Shown piece by piece: positions 1-7,986 of a stretch of DNA of 19,508 nt. Each line of letters opens with the position of its first letter. Position 1 is the stretch's first letter. Where the stretch lies: contig JAOZIF010000068.1 of NCBI GenBank assembly GCA_026014495.1, positions 1 through 19,508 of the forward strand. Direction: 5' to 3'. A program made the translations under genes and the position numbers. The notes under the pieces are model-generated. The model was not told where the DNA came from and made no database searches. It saw only the letters and a list, made by a program, of their open reading frames with translations. This DNA is from Candidatus Bathyarchaeum sp. GTDB lineage: Archaea > Thermoproteota > Bathyarchaeia > Bathyarchaeales > Bathyarchaeaceae.

Positions 1-17
1 AAAGAAAATAAACCCAT
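1..17 (-). CDS. 5' end of a gene running off the left edge (MGLFS...)
   Basis: Minus-strand GGAGGG Shine-Dalgarno followed by AAAATT and ATG at 17..15; reads ATG GGT TTA TTT TCT to the window edge. An in-frame upstream ATG also exists at 56. Too short to identify. Confidence 0.3.
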
Positions 18-443
18 AATTTTCCCTCCCTTCTTTTTTTGGGAGTAAAACTTCATCGGAAGAAAAAGGGGCTGAAAATGCTCAGGCACGGAAAATGAAC
101 AATAACAAAAAGCACTAGTGGTTGTTTGATGTTGTTTTCATTTTTTTCTCCTCTTAATACCCGTGCACGAGCCTCAGCAAACCCCGATTCTTCTGAATTC
201 GAGTATATCTGCAAAAACTACTGTATATTCTACTATTTTTAGAAAATGTAAATATGCACCAAAGACTTTACAAAAACACTGACCATCAGGTGAAGCTTGC
301 TGTTTTCACTTATTGTGGCGATGTCTTCCACAAAATACCTTTTTTCACCTTGTCCTCTTTTGGACTGGAATTGTTTTAGTTTAGAATCTGTTCTAACATT
401 AGCTTGGGTCCATTCACTTCTAGGGTGACATTGCTTACTGTGT

Positions 444-1595
444 TTATCTATTGGCTATTGTTCCATTCCAAAATATTAGTTTGCTATATGCGTTTGTGTT
501 GCTAGAATTTAAGCCGTCATCATAAATTACATCCAGTTTAGTTCCATATTGTTCTAGTAGACTGTCAAGATTTGTACATAGTTCAAGCGAAAAATCGTCA
601 GCTGCCCATAAACCCCAAATCTTGTCGTTTGGTCCTCGAAAACCATACCCATAATCTTTTGGAAGAACATATGCTACCCAGTCATTTTTTACATTATTTG
701 TTCTGGGATTATCTTGGATGTACTGCCAGAATCGTTTTAAAGCGTTTAAGTGCTCTTCCTCTAAAATTCCATGAGTATATTCTTCATTAGTATCAAATAT
801 TACAATGTATTTTGCGCCATTTTCATATGCTAAGATCATGTCGTCGTAAAGTTCTTCGCCTGATTCAATGTATGGTGGCTCATTATATGTCCAAGTAACC
901 ATTATTCCCCACTCCTTTTTTTGAACTGTAGCTGCTCCTCTACAGAGTGCCACATTTAATTGTCTACTGTAGTTCCACCCAAACTCTGCAAAGACTACAT
1001 CATATCCTGCTTTGTAGTCAAACCAGTAGAGGGCATAGTCTGAAGTATACAATGGAAAATTCATAGAACTGTTAAAACCTTGTTTGTACCAGTTCAATCG
1101 CTCAGTTGCATCGTTTACAAACTGCTCTTCTGCATCAGTGTAGTTTTCTGCTTCATCAACTCTGAACGGTCTAGGAGTTTTTAGGTCCAATTGCCTTCCA
1201 CATCCTTCATCGAAGGCGTATAATCCAAGAAATTGTTCGCCCCATTTATTGACACAATCAACATAACAGCATACAAACCATTCCATTATGGGAGGCATGT
1301 CCGAGTAAACTATAAACGAAAAGCCCTTCTCGTAAACATATTGACATGTCTCGTAGAGTTGCGTGGTGTTGTAAGTTATACCTGTGCAACCTATAACCAC
1401 TAAATTTGTGTAACTGCTGATTTCGTCAACGAGCATTTGAATTTCTGTAATGTTATCGTAGGCCACATCAATTCCGACGTAAAATTTAATTTGTTCATCT
1501 TTTGGGGGGTCTTTAGCAATTAAAGAATATTGTAAGAGAAGGGCAAAAACTAGCAGAGAACAAAAAAGGATAATTAAAAAGGTTTTGTGTTTCAT
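444..1595 (-). CDS. Secreted or membrane-anchored hypothetical protein, 383 aa, possibly a glycoside-hydrolase-like TIM barrel
   Basis: N-terminal basic-hydrophobic leader MKHKTFLIILFCSLLVFALLLQYSLIA; aromatic/acidic-rich body with FLGLYAFDEG and VVFAEFGWN segments; ATG overlaps the upstream TGA (ATGA, 1592-1595). The function is inference only. Confidence 0.8.
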   Translation of the reverse strand: MKHKTFLIILFCSLLVFALLLQYSLIAKDPPKDEQIKFYVGIDVAYDNITEIQMLVDEISSYTNLVVIGCTGITYNTTQLYETCQYVYEKGFSFIVYSDMPPIMEWFVCCYVDCVNKWGEQFLGLYAFDEGCGRQLDLKTPRPFRVDEAENYTDAEEQFVNDATERLNWYKQGFNSSMNFPLYTSDYALYWFDYKAGYDVVFAEFGWNYSRQLNVALCRGAATVQKKEWGIMVTWTYNEPPYIESGEELYDDMILAYENGAKYIVIFDTNEEYTHGILEEEHLNALKRFWQYIQDNPRTNNVKNDWVAYVLPKDYGYGFRGPNDKIWGLWAADDFSLELCTNLDSLLEQYGTKLDVIYDDGLNSSNTNAYSKLIFWNGTIANR

Positions 1596-2476
1596 TTTAT
1601 TTTAATCTCTCTTGCTCGAACAACATGAGCTCTTCTTTTTCCAGATTTAATTCTAAGCTCTTTTGCGACAATTTTAAGCGAAGTTAGTTTCTTTAAAGCT
1701 GTTAACCACGCCGCCGCTTGTACATCCATATGAAACACCCACTCTCTAGTCATTTCGATTGCTTGGTTTGGACAAACTTTTTCACAGGCTGAACAGAAAA
1801 TGCACAACTCATCATTGATTGCAGGTTTTCCGTCTTCAATGTGGATTGCATAAGTTGGACAAACTTCGGAACAAGCTACACAGCCTTCAGGACAAGCATC
1901 TAGGTTCACAGTTATTTTTCCCATAAACGGTTTCTTAACTAAGATAGCCTTTTGATCACAAGCAAACTCGCAACGTCTACAATAAACACAAAGAGATTTA
2001 TCGATTTTAACATCAATTCTTTCAAGGGTTTCTCCATTTTCCGAGGATGTTGTTGATACTTTGATGGCTTCTGTGGGGCATTCCTTTTGGCATCTGAAGT
2101 CGCAATCGGAAACACACTTCTCTTTGGATACCGTGATTTCCTTTACCAAAACAGGAAATGCCTCGTTTTCTACAATAGTAGCGATTTCTTTTCCATCCAC
2201 TTCCATGACCAGTGCATTCAAAGGACACAATACACTACATTCGCCACACATAACACAGGCATCATCATCTATGTCAATTGACGGTTTTTGGATCAGATGA
2301 CCCTCATAGACTGTTGATTGCAGCAGTTTTATTGCTTCATGAGGACAGACTTCAAAACATACACCACATCCATTGCATATATCCTTGTTCAATTGTAAAC
2401 GATAGTTTTTTGTGAGAAACTTTCGTTCTATTATTGTTTCCTTCAGATTCTCTTGTTTAACCGCTTGTCCACGCAA
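1592..2476 (-). CDS. Polyferredoxin (about six 4Fe-4S motifs), FwdF/FmdF-like
   Basis: Six ferredoxin-type motifs: CNGCGVCFEVCP, CVMCGECSVLCP, CVSDCDFRCQKECP, CVYCRRCEFAC, CPEGCVACSEVCP, CIFCSACEKVCP. The N-terminal layout (..CP.EAI....P.I.ID.D.CV.CG.C..LCP.NAL) resembles FwdF. TTG start at 2476 chosen because GAGGT lies 7 nt upstream; the ORF track start is 2494. Confidence 0.85.
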   Translation of the reverse strand: MRGQAVKQENLKETIIERKFLTKNYRLQLNKDICNGCGVCFEVCPHEAIKLLQSTVYEGHLIQKPSIDIDDDACVMCGECSVLCPLNALVMEVDGKEIATIVENEAFPVLVKEITVSKEKCVSDCDFRCQKECPTEAIKVSTTSSENGETLERIDVKIDKSLCVYCRRCEFACDQKAILVKKPFMGKITVNLDACPEGCVACSEVCPTYAIHIEDGKPAINDELCIFCSACEKVCPNQAIEMTREWVFHMDVQAAAWLTALKKLTSLKIVAKELRIKSGKRRAHVVRAREIKIK

Positions 2477-2520
2477 ACCATCAACCTCAATCAATTTTCA
2501 CGGTTCCCAGTTGCATAAGA

Positions 2521-4968
2521 TCACGCCTTTGCAACCTCAGTAACAACATTAACTTTTTTTTGAGCCAAAGATTGAACAGTTTTTTCTATCTCCAGCTTAG
2601 TAGCACCCTCAACGATTCTTTGCATCTCCCTAATTTTTGATGCAAACTTTTCTCCTTCTGCTGCACTAATCCAAGCTAACTGAAGCCGATTCTTATCCAA
2701 CCCCAATCGTTCCATTTTTTTCCACAATTTTTCAACTCGTCTCTTTGTCTGATAATTAGCATCGATGTAATGGCAATCATTCAGGTGACAACCAGCAACC
2801 AGCACAGCCGCAGCACCTCTAGCAAAAGCCCTTTCAACAAATTTTGGAGAAATCCTGCCGGAGCACATGGTCCGTATTATGCGAACACTAGACGGATATT
2901 GCATTCTGCTTACTCCCGCAAAATCTGCGCCAGCATAGGAGCACCAATTACAACAAAAAGCGATTATTTTCTTGTCCGCATCCTTTGCTGTAGCTGCATC
3001 TATCTGTGCAAATATTTGATCGTCAGTAAAGTGTCGCATTTGTATTGCATTAAATGAACATTCTGCACCACAAGTGCCACATCCTGCGCATGCTGCTTCA
3101 ATAACAGTGGCAAGTTTCTTTTCTTTATCCACAATAATTGCATTATATGGACAAACTCTCGCGCACAAACCACAACCCATGCATTTGTCAGAAAGCATTG
3201 TGGGCGTCAGTGCTTCGACAGTAACACTTCCTTTTGCCATAAGAATTCCTGCACGGGCTGCTGCTGCACTTGCTTGCGTCACGCTATCTTTGATGTCTTT
3301 GGGGCCTTCAGCACAACCTGCAAGAAAAACGCCTCCAGTTGGAGTGTCTACAGGCCTCAATTTCGGATGGGCTTCCATGAAGAAACCATCTGTTGTCTTT
3401 GACAATCTAAGCAACTGTTGAACTTTTTCGCTATCATCTCTGGGTCTAAGACCCACTGACAAAATTACCATGGCCGCATTTACGGTGTAAATTTTTTTCT
3501 CAAGAGTGTTCTCTCCAACCAGCCACAAATTTTTGGTTTTATTGTCCTCGATTATTTCAGCAGGCAATCCACGTATGAAAATGACGCCTTTTTCTTTTGC
3601 TCGTCTGTACAAATCTTCAAAGCCTTTTCCAAATGCACGAATATCGATGTAAAAAACGTAGATTTTGACATCTGGCCAGTGCTCCTTGATTAGTAGTGCA
3701 TCTTTGATTGTGTTCATACAGCATACATTACTGCAGTATGGGTTTCCTTTTTTTTCAGACCTAGAACCAACACATTGAATGAACACAACTGTTTTCGGAA
3801 CATTCATGTCACTTGGACGAACTAGACGACCTCCAGTAGGTCCACCCGCATTTATGAGCCGTTCAAACTCCAACGAAGTTATTATGTTCGAAAATCTGAG
3901 ATAACCATATTCCATTAATGACACTGGATCAAACACGTCTAAGCCAGTGGCTACAATAATTGTGCCAACCTTCAGTTCAATCTCCTCAGCTTTGTCACTG
4001 AAATTTATGGCATCAGGACCACACACTTCTTTACATTTAGCACAAGTATTCTCGCCAAGGCCAATACAGGATTTAGCGTCAATTATGTACCTAGCTGGAA
4101 CGCTTTGGGCAAATGGCATGTAGATGGCTTTTCGTCCAGAAAGCCCCACTTCAAATTCGTTGGGCACTTCCACAGGGCACACTTTAGTGCAATCACCACA
4201 GGCAGTACAATCCTTTGTGATGTACCTTGGATTCTTTTGTACTTTAACTTGGAAATTCCCGATATATCCACCTACCTCAGTAACTTCACAGTTTGTCAAC
4301 AACTCAATGTTAGGATGTTTTCCAACATCGGACATTTTTGGCGCCAAGATACATATTGAACAATCCATTGTTGGAAACGTCTTATCAATCTGAGCCATTT
4401 TTCCTCCAATGCTGGGCTGTTTTTCAACCAAATACACTTTGTACCCAGTGTCAGCCAAATCTAAAGCTGCCTGAATACCCGCAACCCCGCCTCCAATAAC
4501 TAACGTCTGTCTTGTTACGGGGACAACAGTCTCTTCTTGTGGCTCCAGAAGCGCTGACCTAGCAACGGCCATGTGAACTAGATCCTTGGCTTTCGCTGTA
4601 GCTTGTTCTGGTTCGTATAAGTGTACCCAACTACAGTGCTCTCTTATGTTAGCCATCTCGAAGAGATATTTGTTTAGTCCAGCCTCTTCACAGGTCCTTC
4701 TGAATGTTGGTTCATGAAGTCGGGGTGTGCACGATGCTACTACTACCCTGTTAAGGTTATGTTCTTTGATGTCTTTCTTGATTGTTTCTTGCCCTGGATC
4801 TGAGCATGTATACAAATTATGCTTTGACAGTACAACATTAGGAAGCTTAGAAGCATATTCAGCTACGTCTGCGCAGTCTACTGAACCTGCAATGTTTTTG
4901 CCACAGTGACAAACATAAACTCCAATACGGAGTTCTTCGTCTGGTTTAGATTGAATTTTAGGTTCCAT
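2521..4968 (-). CDS. hdrA: Heterodisulfide reductase subunit A fused to a C-terminal MvhD [2Fe-2S] domain (about 815 aa)
   Basis: HdrA signatures RIGVYVCHCG, VVVASCTPRLHE, NIREHCSWVH, GGGVAG FAD loop, DKTFPTMDCSICI, FIQCVGSR, CSNVCC, plus inserted and C-terminal ferredoxin motifs. These are followed by MvhD motifs IIAFCCNWCSYAGAD, IRTMCSGR and GCHLNDCHY. ATG at 4968 has GGAGA upstream. Confidence 0.95.
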   Translation of the reverse strand: MEPKIQSKPDEELRIGVYVCHCGKNIAGSVDCADVAEYASKLPNVVLSKHNLYTCSDPGQETIKKDIKEHNLNRVVVASCTPRLHEPTFRRTCEEAGLNKYLFEMANIREHCSWVHLYEPEQATAKAKDLVHMAVARSALLEPQEETVVPVTRQTLVIGGGVAGIQAALDLADTGYKVYLVEKQPSIGGKMAQIDKTFPTMDCSICILAPKMSDVGKHPNIELLTNCEVTEVGGYIGNFQVKVQKNPRYITKDCTACGDCTKVCPVEVPNEFEVGLSGRKAIYMPFAQSVPARYIIDAKSCIGLGENTCAKCKEVCGPDAINFSDKAEEIELKVGTIIVATGLDVFDPVSLMEYGYLRFSNIITSLEFERLINAGGPTGGRLVRPSDMNVPKTVVFIQCVGSRSEKKGNPYCSNVCCMNTIKDALLIKEHWPDVKIYVFYIDIRAFGKGFEDLYRRAKEKGVIFIRGLPAEIIEDNKTKNLWLVGENTLEKKIYTVNAAMVILSVGLRPRDDSEKVQQLLRLSKTTDGFFMEAHPKLRPVDTPTGGVFLAGCAEGPKDIKDSVTQASAAAARAGILMAKGSVTVEALTPTMLSDKCMGCGLCARVCPYNAIIVDKEKKLATVIEAACAGCGTCGAECSFNAIQMRHFTDDQIFAQIDAATAKDADKKIIAFCCNWCSYAGADFAGVSRMQYPSSVRIIRTMCSGRISPKFVERAFARGAAAVLVAGCHLNDCHYIDANYQTKRRVEKLWKKMERLGLDKNRLQLAWISAAEGEKFASKIREMQRIVEGATKLEIEKTVQSLAQKKVNVVTEVAKA

Positions 4969-6523
4969 TGTTTTCTCTCCCAAAAGCGTTTTCTGCAATA
5001 TCAACTGGGTCCAATGGAATGCCTCTTAGATGGTGGTCGATAGAAAATGCTGCCTGTTTTCCAGCCAGTATGGCTTCGATAAGGGTTCCTGTTCCTAATA
5101 CGGCGTCTCCTCCTGCGAAAATGTTTGGTGAACTTGTTTCCAAAGTGAAGGGGTCTGTTACAATGGTTTTTTGGGTTGTTAATTCAACTGTTTTGGGCAG
5201 AAAAACGGTGTTTGGAGATTGACCGATTGCCATTATAACTGAGTCAGTTGGCATCATAAATTCAGAGCCTTGAATTGGAATAGGACGTCTCCTGCCCGTT
5301 GCATCCTGTTCGCCCAGCTCCATTTTTACACATTCAATTTTGGTTACTTTACCGTTTTCGCCCAAGATTTTTTTTGGAGAGACTAAAAAGTCGATTTTTA
5401 TTCCTTTATCTTTAGCTTCTTTGATTTCCCATGGACTTGCGGGTATCTCCTCTTTTGATCTTCTGTATAGTATCGTGACATCTTTAGCTCCAAGTTTTAA
5501 TGCGGTTCTGGCAGAGTCGATGGCGACGTTGCCTCCGCCGATTATTGAAACCGTGTTTAGCAGTTCGACATTTTTTGTGTTGGCTTTTTCCAGAAAATCA
5601 AGAGCGTGGAAGACTCCGTTTAGTTCTGCGCCTTGGATAGTGAAGTTTTGGTCTTCTTGGGCTCCTGTGGCCACAAATATTGCGTCGTAGCCTTCTTCTA
5701 GAAGTTTCTTTACTTTCTGGGTTCCGTCAATGGGAGTGCTTGTTTTTATTTCAACTCCTAAATCTTTTATTCGCATAATATCGAAGTCAACTAACTTCTT
5801 TGGAAGCCGATATTTTGGAATGCACCTTCTTAACATTCCACCCGCTGACGGTAACGCCTCAAAAACTGTTACAGAATACCCTTTTTTGGCTAAATCATGG
5901 GCTGCTGACATCCCTGCTGGACCAGAACCAATGATGGCAACATTTTTTGTGCTTTTGGCGAAAGGTTGTTCTTTGCTTTTTTCAGGGCTGCTTGTTAGAA
6001 TAGCTTGTTGAATTGCGTCAGCTACTATTTGTTGATTTTTTATTACCCGTTCAGGATGGAAACAAACATAGCTGCATGAAATTGGCAATGGAATGTTTTT
6101 ACTGATTATTTCCAATGCTTTAATGAAGCCTTCAGAGTATCCGGATTCAACGGCATATCTTCTGACAACCTGAAAGATTTCTGGAAGGTTAAGTTTCTGC
6201 GGACATCGTCTATAACAACGATAACACCAAGCGCACAACCACAATTGAGGTGACTTTAGAATTTTTTCATCACCTAGAGGCAAGCTGTGGAGAAGTATCC
6301 GAGGATTATAATATTCTGGGAGTATTTTTGCAATTGGACAAATACCCGTGCAAATTCCACAACCGTTACAGTATTTCAGTTTCTCAAAATCAAGCAGGTC
6401 TTCCAGAATTTTATCTAAACTGGGGCGTTGTTCATTACCCTGTAACTCGTCTTTAGGAACATGCATTGGATGCAACATTTCTGTTTTAGTCTCTCCTATT
6501 TTGGGGCTATCTTTGTGTGCCAT
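4958..6523 (-). CDS. Fusion of an HdrC-like 2x[4Fe-4S] domain and a GltD/SudA(NfnB)-type FAD/NAD(P) oxidoreductase (about 521 aa)
   Basis: N-terminal CNGCGICTGICP...NPR...WLCAWCYRCYRRCP (HdrC pattern), then IPLPISCSYVCFHP (partial GltD Fe-S motif), GSGPAG, GGMLRRCIPKYRLP, ATGA, GGGNVAIDSAR, YRR and FAGGD. Its stop overlaps the hdrA start by 11 nt. The start is uncertain (6523 ATG; track gives 6562). Confidence 0.88.
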   Translation of the reverse strand: MAHKDSPKIGETKTEMLHPMHVPKDELQGNEQRPSLDKILEDLLDFEKLKYCNGCGICTGICPIAKILPEYYNPRILLHSLPLGDEKILKSPQLWLCAWCYRCYRRCPQKLNLPEIFQVVRRYAVESGYSEGFIKALEIISKNIPLPISCSYVCFHPERVIKNQQIVADAIQQAILTSSPEKSKEQPFAKSTKNVAIIGSGPAGMSAAHDLAKKGYSVTVFEALPSAGGMLRRCIPKYRLPKKLVDFDIMRIKDLGVEIKTSTPIDGTQKVKKLLEEGYDAIFVATGAQEDQNFTIQGAELNGVFHALDFLEKANTKNVELLNTVSIIGGGNVAIDSARTALKLGAKDVTILYRRSKEEIPASPWEIKEAKDKGIKIDFLVSPKKILGENGKVTKIECVKMELGEQDATGRRRPIPIQGSEFMMPTDSVIMAIGQSPNTVFLPKTVELTTQKTIVTDPFTLETSSPNIFAGGDAVLGTGTLIEAILAGKQAAFSIDHHLRGIPLDPVDIAENAFGRENNGT

Positions 6524-6666
6524 CACATTTTGTTTTGTACATTTTCTGGTTTTGACCCACAATTAGCACAAAAACTGAATTGCTTTGGAAAAGTGTGTTG
6601 ACTGCATCCAAACGGGTATGCCCTCGAAACAGCCAGTTTTGTTTTAAGAATTCGTGTAGTGCTCAT
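6523..6666 (-). CDS. Possible 47-aa ORF with a degenerate zinc-ribbon motif
   Basis: MSTTRILKTKLAVSRAYPFGCSQHTFPKQFSFCANCGSKPENVQNKM; FCANCG resembles a zinc-ribbon half-site; its TGA overlaps the next ATG (TGATG). A TATA-like TTTATA only about 15 nt upstream argues it may lie in the 5' UTR or promoter instead. Confidence 0.3.
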   Translation of the reverse strand: MSTTRILKTKLAVSRAYPFGCSQHTFPKQFSFCANCGSKPENVQNKM

Positions 6667-6870
6667 TTTTTTATCGTATAAACAATAATGGTATAATGTG
6701 GGTAAAATTTGAGGCTGCAAATGAAGGATTATTGCGAATATAGTTTCAGCAAATGTGACTCTTAACTATGGAAAACAATCAATGTCGTTCTAGACACAAA
6801 TGTTAGTAACAAAAATTGTAACTTAGGTTCCATTCTAAACAAACATAAGTTATACCAAAAAAGATTTCAC

Positions 6871-7147
6871 ATAACATTTGGTACAAGAAGTGAACGGTGT
6901 GTCTGGAAAGCAACTACATTATCCTCAAACAAATGTCATTCTTTATGTCAAACAATTTCTAGGCCACAGAAAAGTCGAAACTACACTTCTTTACATTCAA
7001 CTTGCCAAAACGATATTTGAAGGCATAAACGAAGAGTTCATCGTCAGAGTAGCAAAGACAAAAGAGGAAATTACTGGGCTATTGGAAGTCGGCTTTGAGT
7101 ATGTCTGTGAAAAGGACGGGCTGATCTACTTTAGAAAACGTAAATAA
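6871..7147 (+). pseudogene. C-terminal relic of an archaeal tyrosine recombinase/integrase, frameshifted
   Basis: ILYVKQFLGHRKVETTLLYIQL carries the LGH...T..Y catalytic tail, followed by VAKTKEE...LLEVGFEYVCEKDGLIYFRKRK. The preceding WKATTL motif (6904-6921) is in a different frame, the H-x-x-R box is absent, and there is no N-terminal part. Confidence 0.8.
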
Positions 7148-7181
7148 GCACCATAGACTTTACCAAAACGGTGAAAATCGA

Positions 7182-7964
7182 GTGAAGATTGCTGTTTCTG
7201 GAAAAGGTGGAGTGGGTAAGACCCTTGTTTCTGGGACTCTTTCTGGGTATTTTGCACAAAAAGGCTTCAAAGTTATGGCTATTGATGCAGACCCATCGCC
7301 TAACCTAGCTTTAACTTTGGGAATACCTGTTGAGGAAGCAAACAAGATAGTTCCAATTTCCGAGAATTCCGAACTACTAGAGTCAAAGACCAAAACTGAC
7401 TATCCTGGAGTATTCAAACTCCATTTCACTGTGGATGACATAGTTGAACAGAACGGAATGAAGTCACCCTATGGCGTAAACTTGCTTGTCATGGGAACAA
7501 TCAAATCTGCTGGTGGAGGATGCGCCTGCGGAGCTAATGCTGTTATCAGGGAGCTTCTTCGCCACCTGATTGTTGACCGAGACGAGATTGTCATTGTGGA
7601 CATGGAGGCTGGCGTGGAGCACATGGGACGGGGAACAGCGAGCCACGTCGATGTTATGCTTGTAGTTGTTGATTCTAGCCGAAAGTCTTTGGAGATAGCC
7701 AAGAAAATTTCTGGTTTCGCTCATGATGCGGGAATAAAGAACGTTTTTGTTGTTGGAAACAGGGTTAGAGACTCTGAAGAAACGGAGTTGATTACTGATT
7801 TCACCGAAAAAAATGGGCTCTCGTTACTTGCTTTGATTCCATACGATGATACCGTCATAAAAGCTGACCGTGTTGGAGAGGCTCCTCTTAAGTACGCACA
7901 AACTTCAGAGGGCGTAAAGGCTATTCAAGTAATCGGCGAAAAACTTCTTCAAGACAGGGCATAA
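7182..7964 (+). CDS. cooC: CooC/AcsF-type nickel-insertion ATPase (CO dehydrogenase/ACS maturation factor)
   Basis: MKIAVSGKGGVGKT deviant Walker A, IDADPSPNL, GGGCAC Ni-binding CxC, VDMEAGVEHMGRG switch II; GGTGA SD 7 nt before the GTG. Confidence 0.92.
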   Translation: MKIAVSGKGGVGKTLVSGTLSGYFAQKGFKVMAIDADPSPNLALTLGIPVEEANKIVPISENSELLESKTKTDYPGVFKLHFTVDDIVEQNGMKSPYGVNLLVMGTIKSAGGGCACGANAVIRELLRHLIVDRDEIVIVDMEAGVEHMGRGTASHVDVMLVVVDSSRKSLEIAKKISGFAHDAGIKNVFVVGNRVRDSEETELITDFTEKNGLSLLALIPYDDTVIKADRVGEAPLKYAQTSEGVKAIQVIGEKLLQDRA

Positions 7965-7986
7965 CTTTTTGTAGGTTCTGGAAGGT

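Noticed and set aside
1-140. Minus-strand frame reading SVPEHFQPLFLPMKFYSQKKK as a PEF-like tail, and the CTCCC/GGGAG hairpin at 26-45
   Set aside because: There is no hydrophobic TM stretch and no upstream coding body. A 5-bp stem is too weak to claim SD sequestration.
2521-4968. Evidence for methanogenesis, or selenocysteine in HdrA/MvhD
   Set aside because: No hdrB or mcr is in the window, and HdrA-MvhD is widespread in non-methanogens. The ORF is continuous with Cys at all ligand positions and has no in-frame TGA.
6720-7147. An intact integrative element or att site, including the 7-bp inverted repeat TAACTTA/TAAGTTA at 6819-6852
   Set aside because: The integrase is a frameshifted stub and no tRNA or cargo is visible. 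A 7-bp AT-rich repeat with a 20-nt spacer does not fit tyrosine-recombinase core-site geometry and is expected by chance.
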